Shown here in pieces: positions 47,144 through 58,300 of a stretch of 64,000 nucleotides of DNA. Every line of letters begins with the position of its first letter. Position 1 is the stretch's first letter. Origin of the DNA: Geosiphon pyriformis uo1 (Eukaryota; Fungi; Glomeromycota); NCBI GenBank assembly GCA_016748015.1, contig JAAOMT010000227.1, forward strand, positions 1-64,000, given 5' to 3'. The position numbers and the translations under genes are program-made. Below the pieces are notes generated by a model. That model did no database searches. It was not told the DNA's origin and saw only the letters and a program-made list of their open reading frames with translations.

Positions 47144-49787
47144 TCCAAAGCTGGCTCTGGAGCACCCAGCTGAAGATATAGAGACAGGTAGGGATTTTGG
47201 TTTTCCTCTGTAGTTTTACCTTTATAGACAAACTCCCTCGAGAGTTTACTTGTGGCTGATGAAGGCCAATGAGCATCGTAAACCTTACTCCAATTCTTGA
47301 CTTGAATTAGAAAGTAAGACATTGAATCAACTGAAATAGGACTAGATCCATCCCAATCCAACAAAACTGGAATTATCAAGTCACCTCCTGCTTGGTTACG
47401 TTTACATATCACAGCTGCGAAGCGAATGAATAGAGTTCTCAATTGTGTCTGGTTTGGGGTGTAAGTAACCGGAATGAAGTGTGTAAATGCAAGTAAACCA
47501 TCAGCCAACTTTTGAGGGAAACTTTGAATATGTTCGTCATAGTTCTCCTGCCCGAAAAGAGATATCAAAAACTCCTTCACTCTAATTGGGCGTGAAACAA
47601 ACTCCTTCGAATATCCTAGATTTCCCAAGTGTGGTGATATATCTCTATCTCTAGTAGCATGATCCCAAGCGATCATTAAAAGTAGACGGGCGACCAACTC
47701 TCCACGATAGCCAGGTTCTATATAACCAGTGTGTAATGCATCTAGTAGAAAGTCGAGTAGTTTTCTCAACACACTCTGGTTTTTCATAAGCAATGCTGCA
47801 GCCTCAGCAAGTATCGGTTCAGACGGATAGAATGCCAATAGTTTACGCCGATCCTCTGAAACGTGAACGCATATCCCCATGAATCCGGCAACTAATTCCG
47901 AAGCAATGCGAGACTCAGCTGTGACATCAAGTGAGATGCGAGAAGATAAAATAGCGAGACCAGAAGCCAAAGTTGGTTTGTTAAGCCAATCATCCACGGT
48001 TATACCTCCACCCAAGAGTTTTTGTCGTGCTAGTTCCATAAGTTCATTGAGTTTGGCAGCACTCCTCAAAGCCGCACCCCACAAAGGTCGTCCTAGTGCG
48101 AACAGCTCTTCTAACTTTAATAGTTGTTCCGAGTCTGAGTTTGTTTGGCTAAATAAATCAAACGTACCCATAAAATAAAATGGCGGGAAAAGTTTATTCT
48201 TATTTAAGTATAATCGGGCCGAGGGATCCAAAGTTGCTAATGGCGCAAAGTCAGCGAGGTTCGAAATGGTATCAGCGAATATGGCAAAAACGCCCGAAGG
48301 AAGACAACGTAAAGCTCGGCGAGTGTGGATNNNNNNNNNNNNNNNNNNNNTGTTTATTATTTTTTTTTCAAATTCGGGATCTCGCTGTTGATTCTTCCAA
48401 TCTTCAATGCTTTTTCCGTCAAGAAATTCTATACAACTACAGAAAAATGCCGCTATGTAAACCATTTCATTTTCCTCCTGATAAAGAAAGAAATTACGAA
48501 CATTTGGTGTCGCGGGTGGAACTCCTGAACTAGAATTCGCACGAAAGCATAAGTATATAACAAAGCGGTCTTGAGCAAGCTGATGAAGAAGTCTAGACTT
48601 CCCAGTCCCAGATCCTTGGAAGAGAACACTGTATGGAGCATAATATATAAGATCCTGAGCAGTTTTCCACTCGTGTGCACAGTCGTCAATATGTTTTTCA
48701 AAAAGCTGCAAGACACCGAGATCATCTTTGTATTTTTGCTCAAATGCCTCCACCATTGATCCTGAATTTCATGCATTATAGTTAGAAATGAGAAAGGATA
48801 GTTATAATATTAATTAGATTCAGTTACAAAAGAAGGTACTCACTTTTCAGAGATCCGGAGGTAGAGGAGATGAAATCACTGCCAGTTTCTAGAAAGAATT
48901 ATAACTTAGTATTTATACTAGACGAAACTTAATACTAAAACGGATCACTTCAAACTCAAAACACATGTTAATAAAAATAGATTGAACAAATAACCTACCA
49001 GTGGAAGACTTAGCTATATGAAACAAATAAAGCACATCGGCGACAAGAAAAGGGAAGGAAGAAAGTAATAGTTAATTAACATCATAAGAGTATATCGAAC
49101 GTTCTCTCAAATAGATGAAAACGGGTATAAATAATAGATAACGGAGGTGAAGAGTAAAACTTAAGTTAAGAGCTAACATTAAGTCCAAAGGTTTTATTAT
49201 TGAGTTAAATGCAAAGCAATTTTGGAAGCAAGAGGCAGAAGTGAATGAACAAATTAGTCAAATGAACGAAGGATAATGGTAATAGGGTGGATAAGGAAGT
49301 ACTTTTTTATCCTACTCCATTTCCCAACGCCCGAGTTACCTGTCTTAGTTGTTTCCATCAACGTATTTTGTAATTTTTGCATTTGCATCTTCCACTCGTT
49401 CTTGTCTACTTTTAGCTCCTTCACTTCTTCTTCTAGCTTTTCAATTTGCTTTTCAATTTGCTTTTCTAGCTTTTCATTTTGCTTTTCTAGCTTTTCTTTT
49501 TGCTTTTCTAGCTTTTCTTTTTGCTTTTCTAGCTCTTGCATATCTTCTATCCACCAATGCTTTTCGTTTTCGTTCTTGTACTTCTCCTGTCTCAAATTCT
49601 TCTTCAATTCACGTAACTCATCTTCCTTTTCACGTAACTCATCTTCCTTTTCACGTAACTCATCTTCCTTCTCACCCTCCATTAACTTTTCTAGCTTCTC
49701 CTCCTTTTCCTTCAGCTTCTCCTCGCATTTATCATACTGGGTCTTAGCGTATTCTAATTCACGTTCGATTTTGTCCACACTAGCCAT
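47144..49787 (-). CDS. Crinkler (CRN/RHS)-type protein: N-terminal coiled coil, P-loop NTPase, restriction-endonuclease-like domain. Predicted exons 49787-49340, 49013-48999, 48888-48844, 48761-<47144; 3' end lies in an N gap
   Basis: YAPYSVLFQGSGTGKSRLL Walker A, GRPLW, YPSEPILAEAA, GYRGELVARLLL, F(T)HF, D-LIIP..LIQVKN. GT-AG introns, all phase 1, keep the frame from the 177-aa coiled-coil ORF into the 580-aa ORF; CTAAC branch site before 48762; no stop codons; CpG retained. Confidence 0.82.
49425..49672 (-). repeat. Coding 21-bp tandem repeats (heptads EKEDELR x3 and EKLEKQK x4-5)
   Basis: TTCACGTAACTCATCTTCCTT x3 and TTGCTTTTCTAGCTTTTCTTT-like units. Confidence 0.9.
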
Positions 49788-50581
49788 GGTGTTTTGCGTG
49801 TTTGTTAAGGTTTGGGAAGATATGGCCTAATATATGTTTGGTTCGTGTCAATGACGTTTCAGATCTTTGATTTATCAGTATAAATTTAACAAACCCCGTT
49901 ATTGTTAAATTATAATCAGAGTTTTTAACCCCTGCAGTATGCCTACATCATATAATTGTTATTTAATAATTATTGTATTGTGCAATATTTCATTAATATG
50001 TTTATTAATGTTGAATAAAATTCGTTTTATTATTTTAAAATAAAAATAATTGTAAGTTTTAAAAATTAGAATTAATACTATTAAAATTAAAAAAAATCAA
50101 GCCAGTATTAAAATATATTTTTATTATTATTTTATATATTATATTTAACTTTAAAACTTATTAAATAAAAGTTTATGTATTTTAATTTATAAATAAAACA
50201 AATTTAATAATGTTATTTTTATGTAATAATTAAATATAATTTAATTAAAACTTAAAATATGTAACCAATTATTTAAACTTATATTAAATTATATAAATTA
50301 AAAAAACTATTTGTTTTTATTTTATTTATATATTTAACAACTTTTTATTTAAATACTAATTTAATTTTTATTTTAAACATTATATATTTAAGTTTTAATA
50401 ACTTTATATTTTACAAAATTTTTAATTAGTTATTTTTATTTTTATTATAGATTTTATAATTTTTAAGCAATAAAACAATAATATTAATAATATTTTTAAT
50501 TTAAAAAAATTTTCAAATAAAACTATTTTTAAAAAAGTAAAAAAACAGTTTTTAAAAAAAAAAATTCTGTTTTTATTATAT

Positions 50582-51318
50582 TGTTACGGTTGAGACCTAT
50601 ACTCCTTATTAATTATCACATGTATTAGCCATTGATGTCATATGATTAGCCACACTATTTTTAGAAAGTGATTATTGACCTGATCAATAATCTGACTATT
50701 GACTTGACCATTGATCTGATCAATAACCTGATCAATAACTTGATCATTGACTTAATCATTGACCTAATTATTGACCTGATTATTGACCACTTTTGATAGC
50801 TATATAAGTGATGAATCTCTTAGCTGTAGAAAAGCATGTAATAACAAGCATCTGAATAATCAAGAATAAATAAAATAACAACTTTCATCTCAATCCTTCT
50901 CTTATTGCTAATTTCTCTTTTCCTACTTTCAAGTATCTGAACATCTTAAAGATAAAAGATTACTTGTTGGTCTTTTTCTGATGTATATAATTGTAGCATT
51001 TGAAGATTATTTAAATAAACATGACTGAAAAGCACAAGTTAATACCTGATATTGAATTCTAAGAACACTGATGTGAGGCATAGAATTATACCAGTAGTGA
51101 TCAATTGTTGACAGTACAAACTATCCCTCTACTTTCAGATTCTTCAGTTATCTTTGAAAAAAATAGTGACTGAGATATTTTATGAGACTAATCTTACACA
51201 TTGAATCCATACTCATTCAATTCACTCTTTAAAGTTAAATTTCTCTTTGATTATTTCCATCACCCTATAATCTTGTTCTTCCTTGCTATCCGTTAGCTTG
51301 TTACTCCAATCTATAACA
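50582..51318 (+). repeat. 5' LTR of element E with expanded 12-bp array (50671-50790)
   Basis: TGTTACGG...TATAACA; direct repeat of 57649-58300. Confidence 0.95.
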
Positions 51319-51371
51319 TAAAAGTGGTGCTCCCTGTAAGATTGTCAAAAATTCACTTATTTCCTCATTGT

Positions 51372-54300
51372 ATGGGTAATTATTCATATTTGCCACAACA
51401 ATCAGAAGAACATTTTACAGTACACAACAAAAATGATCTAGAGTTTATTGAACTCAATCCTCTGCCCTTCTGTTTGATCTGTTTCTCTGTTGAAAAACAA
51501 TTCAGTAGACAATTCCAAGACTTTTGAAACTAGTTTCTGAACAAGCATTCAGCTGAAATCTAAACAACTTATACCATCTATTACTTTAATTAAGCTTATT
51601 TTGAAGACAATTTTGAAGAAAGAAATACCAGCATCAATCAGCTCTTATACTCCACAATTTTTGAACAACAGCTCCCTGATTTCGAATATCTGAATCACCA
51701 AATCTATATTTGGATTGCTGCTTACCAACTAGCTGAAAACCCCTTTGAAACAGAAGAAGAAAGTTACCAAACTGCCCCTATTTTTGATATTTTCTCAAGT
51801 GAATCAGAGCACTCCACACAAACAGTAACTCCTAAACCAATGGCTCAAGATCCAATGCAAGCAAACATTCTGGCTGCTCTCTAAGATATACAAACTGCCT
51901 TGGGGTGAAGAAACAACACTCTACTATTATTATTTAGAGGTGATGCACAAGATCCAATTGAATGGTTGGATGACTTTGAAAGAGCTGCTATAGCTAACCA
52001 ATACAATGATGAGTACAAGTTTCAAATTGTTGGTGGCTACCTTCAAGACTCCCCTGCCACCTGGTTTTCACAGAAAACTGATGCCAATGCCCATCAAAAA
52101 ATTATTAGATGGATGCCAGCAAATCTGGAGAAAACAACACCTCTTTTACAACCTGGTTTGAAAACAAGTTCAGAACCCCAATCTTGATATCTAAGTGGCA
52201 CATGGAATTGAAAAGAAGAACTCAAGGTCCAGGAAAAGTAGTAACTGAATATGCCAAAGTAATTAGAAAGTTAATCAAACAAGTGGATTCTGGAAGAAAC
52301 TGGACAGAAGAACAAAAAATTTATCCCTTTACAAAAGAATTGAAAACCGACTTATCCTATGCTCTTTGGCTTCTCTTGGCTCTAAAAAATAATTCTACAA
52401 TGGACATGGCCATTGAACTTGCCCAAAAAATTGAAGACAACCAAAGAATGCACTTGGAATTCACACTTCCAGTTTTTGCTTCTGCTCCTGTTATGGCTCC
52501 TGCTTCCCAAATAGCTGCTACTTCTTTTGCTGCCCAAACTCAAGATTCAAATAAACAATTGATAGATAAACTCACAGCAAATCTTGCTTGGCTATTAAAA
52601 CCATTAGCCCAAGCAGTCAGAGATAACCAGCAACCCCAAAAACCCAGATTTGAGCCACGTTTCAATTAGCCTCAGCAATCACCTTATCAAAGACAACAAA
52701 ATTGTGGCCTACCTGTGTGCTATCACTGTGGATTAACTGGACATTTTTCAAGAGATTGCAACAATCTTCCCTTACCCCCTCCAGCTTCCAGAAATAATGA
52801 TAACCAAAACAACAGAACCATTAACAACAATGCCCCCAATCAAAGACCTAATCATGCCAATATCAATTTCTTTAGAGAGGATTCCCTAATTGAAGCCACT
52901 GTTTATCAGCCTTTAAACTGGTAGGTGCACCTCCAAAGGGTAAAAGTACAAGCTAACCAGAAAAAAACCCCTTTTACATTTTTAACTTAACTAATGATGA
53001 CTATGACATGGATGAACTAACAATTAACACCACAGAATCAACAAGGAAGAAGAAGAAAGCCAAGATTAATTTCGTTTTGGATCCAAACAAACTATCCACA
53101 TTAACTGTTGATAATAATAAGCCACCAAAGACTAAAGTTTTTAAAAATCTTCCAAAGCTAGAACCCCCAGAAATAGTACAAAAATTTGGATCTTATTCTG
53201 TTGTTAAAGATTTCATGGAAACCCCAGTACATATTACCTTTGGCCAGCTGATGACCCATCCACAGTTTAGAAAAAATCTTCACAAATCTCTGATCCCCAA
53301 GAAGAAAATACCAAAAACCAACAAATGCTCTCATTAAGCTGGACTTGCTAACAACAGCAATGTTACTCCTTTAATTTGCAAAGCCCAAGTGGCTAGTTAT
53401 TTCATTGACTTGATCCTAGACAGTAGATCATCTGTGAGTGTCATTGCCAAACATTTCTTAGAAGCAATTGGCAGAAAAATCAACGAATCTTCCACCAGAC
53501 CTATGACTAATATACATGGTAATAAAAAGAATGGTCTTGGTATTACCAAAGCTATTCCTGTCTGCATCAATAGCATCAGCATTAAAACTGATATGGAGGT
53601 TTTTGAAGCAAAGGAATACACCATCATTGTTTGCAATGAGTGGCTCAAGAAAGCAAAAGCCTTACTTGACTATGAACTGTGTGAATTAACCATCAGATGT
53701 GGTGAGAAGCCCATAGTGGTTAAATGCCGCTATTGGACAACTCTCCCAGCAAACAAACAAGATCAAGAAGAAGAACAATCAGATGAATCAAATGATGAAG
53801 AGAGTGATGAAAAAGAAGAACAAGAGAAACAAGAAGAAACCGCTGAACTCGCATACACTACTTTCACCAGCAATGGCAAGCCATTGGACAATGTCAAAGC
53901 TGACAAAAAAGGAATCATTGTAAATGGCAAGCTGATCTGCTGGTCCTACTATAATATCCTTAGAAAAATCTTTGACCAAAAACCTGGCAAGAAAGCCAAG
54001 TATTATTATTGGTGGCATAGTTCTTATGCTCAGTGCTGGTGCAACCAACTCTTGTATTCTCCAAATAATAAATGCAAATCATGTCTGATCTATTACAAAG
54101 ATTGGGAACCAATCAGTTTAATACCTAGAAAAGAATTGAAAAAAGTTCAAAAGTCTTTTGAAAATAAACCACCTAAGATCCAATCACTAATTGTAGAACA
54201 AAAAGAACCCTCTCCAGAAAAAAGAAAAATAGACATTGAAAATCTGCTGGTTAGAAACAGTCCAGTTATCTCAAAAGAAGATAATACCCCTGGACAAACT

Positions 54301-55601
54301 CATGTGATACAACACACCATCACCACCAAAGAAACTTGCCCCATCTATCTAAAGCTATATCAATCCAATTGCCATAATAATGAGTTCATCAAGAAAGAAA
54401 TAAAATGAATAAAAGATCTTGGATTTATACAAGAAACCAAAAGTAAATAGGCTTTCCCAGTTGTAGTGGTATCCAAGAAAAGTGGAACCCTGCACTTCTG
54501 TGTTAATTATTGCCAATTAAATGCCATCACTGAAAGAAACATGTACCCACTTCCCAAAATTGATGCAATGCTAGATCAATTCAAAAGTGCTGCTTTCTTC
54601 TCAACTATTGATCTAACTGCTGGATTTTGGCAAGTAGAGATGGATCCAGAAAGTCGGAAGAAAACCACCTTTATAACCAAGTATGGCACCTATGAATTTA
54701 CAGTCATGTTTTTTGGTCTCATCAATGCTCCTCCCATCTTTTAATGCTTAATGGACAAAGTATTTAAATCAGTGAAAGAAAATTTTTTTCTGGTTTATTT
54801 GGATGACATAATGGTGTACTCAAAAACCTGGGATGAACATCTTGAACATTTGTAAAAGGTTTTTGACCTCTTTAAAAATGCTGGCCTTATAATAAACTCA
54901 ATCAAATCTTTCTTTAAACAACAATCAACCCAATTTCTTGTCCATCTTATTACAAAGAATGGAATTTTTCCTGACCCAGCCAAAGTTGAAAAAGTCCAAA
55001 ACATTAAACAATCAATGAATGTTCATGAACTGTGCTCTTTCCTTGGTTTGGCTTCTTATTATCAGAAATTTATCAAGGATTTTCTAAAATCACCTCTCGA
55101 CTCAATCAGCTACTTAGGAAAAATGTTAATTACCACTGGAGTACATATCAGCAGAAAGCATTTGAAATCCTTAAAGAAAAATTGGTTACAGAACCTATTC
55201 TCAAGCAACCTGATCTGGATCAATCTTTTATCCTTCATACTGATGCATTTGATTATGAACTTGGTGCTGTCCTGTTACAAAAAGATGAAGATGGTAGGGA
55301 ACATGCAATAGCATATGTCAGTAGAACTCTTATACCAGCAGAACAGAACTATTCAGTTACTGAGCAGGAATACTTAGCAGTAGTCTGGGCTACCAGTTAC
55401 TGGGATAAGTATCTCCTGGGGGTAAAGTTTTTGGTGGTAACAGATCACCAAGCTTTGGTTTGGTTACGCAATAAAAAGAAGCTGGAACATAAAAAAATAA
55501 CTTGCTGGATACTCCACTTGGATGAATTTGACTATGACATTCAATATCGCAGAAGAGCACATTATCAAAACGCTAACATTCTCTTTAGACTTACCATCTA
55601 G
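51372..55601 (+). pseudogene. Element E gag-PR-RT-RNase H frame (start approximate)
   Basis: ORF fragments 51966-52669, 52715-52924, 53389-54408, 54466-54744 and 55032-55601, ending NANILFRLTI* followed by a second stop codon. Confidence 0.9.
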
Positions 55602-55669
55602 TAACAGTACAACTACCTCAAACCAAACCAACCTAATTATTAGTAATTCTCTTACAACCAAACACGATA

Positions 55670-56981
55670 ATGAACTTGAACAACTACTCTGCCTTAATGG
55701 AATTTTTGGGTAAAGGACAATACTCACTGGAATATAATTGACAGCAAAGAAAACATTTGTGCAAACAATCAAATTTCTATTTGATCTGCCAGAACCAACT
55801 ATACAAAAAAAACAGAAAAGATCCTGACTGCCTCCAAAGAGTCATAAGATTTGAAAAAAAAGAAATTGTAATCTATAATATACACACTGATCTATTAGCT
55901 GAACATTTTGGAAAGACTAAAACAATTCAGAAAATCTTACCTCACTATTATTGGCCTACCTTAAAAAAGACATTGCTAAATATATTAAAACCTGTGACAC
56001 CTGCCAAAAAAGAAGAAAACCCAATCATAAAGAAAACATCCATCCAATTTCTGTTGGCCAACCATTTAACAGAATTGGTATAGATGTTGTTGGACTTTTA
56101 ACAATAACTCTTGATGGCCACAGATACATTATTACAGCTACTGACTATCTTACAAAGTGGGTAGAAGCAAAAGCCACCCCAGATCAAACAGCAGTCTCAA
56201 TAGCCAATTTTATTTATGAAGATATCATTTATTGTCATGGCTGCTCCAAAGAACTATTATCTGATAGAGGAAGAACTTTTCTCAGTACACTGGTTGAAGA
56301 ACTTTGTAGAAAAATGGAAATATGTCACAAACTTTCCTCTCCTTATTACTCCCAAACAAATGGCCTAGTAGAACGTTTCAATAGAACATTATGTGAAACC
56401 TTAGCCAAAACAAATGAAGAAACAAACTTATGGGACAAAGTACTGCTTTTAGCTTTGTTTGCTTATAGAACTGTGAATCATAACATAATAAGTATGAACC
56501 CTTTTATCTGCTCTATGGATGAATAGCAACACTATTAATAGAAACTGACATTGAGACAATACCCTTTAAAGAAATCACAATAGGGAATTACAAAGACATT
56601 TTGCAAAGAAAACTTGGTATCATTTTTGACTCATTGGTAAAAGCATGAATAATTGCTTTTAAAAAGATAAAACAGTTTCAAAAAAAGCTTAAAAAGAAAA
56701 AAACCTATAAAACACTTTCTTTAAGTATTGGTAACTTGGTATTAGAATACTGTTCAGACAGAAACAATATCTATGGTGATAAATTTTCTAGCCAGTGGAA
56801 AAGACTCTTTATAGTCAACAAAGTTTTGAACAATGGTTCTTATATTCTTCAAGATCAATCCAGAACAATCCTCAATAATTGTTCTGTTCATGGCACATGA
56901 CTCTAGAAATATCACAAACGACCTGATTGGTTGTCTGTTGTAGTAATACCGGCTCAAATGATCAACAAAAATCAAGTATAA
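55670..56981 (+). pseudogene. Element E stand-alone integrase ORF
   Basis: ATG at 55670 in frame with the 55757 ORF; HFG..YYWP..CDTCQ, IGIDVVG, LLSDRG, TNGLVERFN. Confidence 0.9.
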
Positions 56982-57022
56982 ATAAATGCACCATTCCCAA
57001 AACAGAAGTATCTTCAATCGAC

Positions 57023-57650
57023 ATGAACAATTATTTTTTGGATCAAAACATTCAAAATGCTTTCAATACTCTCCATGAGTATTGGATCAAAAACTATCTA
57101 AATGCTACTCTGACTATTGAAAAACAGACCACTATAACTGACAACAGTGGAATATATACTGTTATCAGACCAAAGAAAACTACTACCAGAAGAGAAAAAA
57201 TTGGTAGCAAAATAGATAAGTATCTGTTAGAAAGTATAATAGTGGCAATACTTTTACCTTTCAGCACAAATGAAAAAACAATTCAAGAAATCTTATCCAT
57301 AGACAAAAACTTGTCATATGGAAGACAATTAAAACTCTATGGTTGCCTTGGTGAAATCATAGAGGATATAAAACTTATGAAGAAAACAATTTCAAAAATA
57401 CAAGCAAAAATTTTGGGCATTATACAGTTAGATGTCTCAAGAGTTTTAACTATTGCTAAAAGAGCCAAAACTCTAATACAAAGATTTGGTCTCTTGAATA
57501 CAAAACTTATTTTGTCTCAAGTATTATATACCTTATTGACAAAAGACTTCAACAAACTAGTTAACTTTGAGTTAGATAAAACTCTTCCAATAGATTACAC
57601 CATAAATAGCTTAATTTTGCTGAAGCTCAATCTTTTTGAAGAAGATAATA
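57023..57650 (+). pseudogene. Element E 3' accessory ORF3 (open, ~210 aa, unknown function)
   Basis: ATG at 57023 (MNNYFLDQ) open up to the PPT; same position as ORF3 of C and D, with weak motif similarity. Confidence 0.65.
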
Positions 57651-58300
57651 TACAATTGAAACCTATACTTCTTATTAATTATTACATGTATTAGCCACTA
57701 ATGTCATATGATTAGCCACACTATTTTTAAAAAGTAATCATTGACCTAGTTATTGATCTGATTATTGACCACTTTTAATAGCTATATAAGTGATGAATCT
57801 CTTAGCTGTAGAAAAACATGTAATAACAAGCATCTGAATAATCAAGAATAAATAAAATAACAACTTTCATCTCAATCCTTCTCTTATTGCTAATTTCCCT
57901 TTCTCTACCTTCAAGTATCTAAACATCTTAAAGATAAAAAATTACTTGTTGGCCTTTTCCTGATGTATATAATTATAGCATTTGAAGATTATTTGAATAA
58001 ACATGACTAAAAAGCACAAGTTGATACCTGATATTGAATTCTAAGAGTGCCGACATAAGGCATAGAATTATACCAGTGGTGATCAATTGTTGACAGTACA
58101 GACTATTCCTCTACCTTCAAATTCCCCAGTTACCTTTAAAAAGAATAGCGACTGAGATATTTTATGAGACTGATCTTGCATATTAAATTCATACTCATTC
58201 AATTCACTCTTTAAAGTTGAATTCCCTTTTGATTATTTCTATTACCCTACAATTCTGTTCTTTTTTGCTATCCATTAACTTGTTACTTCAACCCATAACA
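57649..58300 (+). repeat. 3' LTR of element E
   Basis: Direct repeat of 50582-51318, shorter 12-bp array, ends CATAACA. Confidence 0.95.

Larger units (their letters stand above)
50582..58300 (+). mobile_element. Full-length Ty3/Gypsy LTR retrotransposon E (no dUTPase; pseudogenised)
   Basis: LTRs 50582-51318 and 57649-58300; 4-bp flanks ATAT/ATAT; PBS TGGTGCTCCCTGTAAG at 51325; CYHCGLTGHFSRDC knuckle, LILDSRS protease, YLDDI RT, RNase H, IN. Confidence 0.95.

Noticed and set aside
47014-48756. 580-aa ORF as a complete single-exon protein
   Set aside because: It runs through two N gaps, its stop lies beyond a gap, and its start is preceded by a good splice acceptor.
49276-49830. 184-aa and 132-aa Ser/Phe- or Phe/Ala/Leu-rich plus-strand ORFs
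   Set aside because: Antisense translations of the Glu/Lys coiled-coil repeats.
57023-57650. env gene (endogenous retrovirus/errantivirus)
   Set aside because: Too short, with no evident signal peptide, furin site or C-terminal TM anchor.
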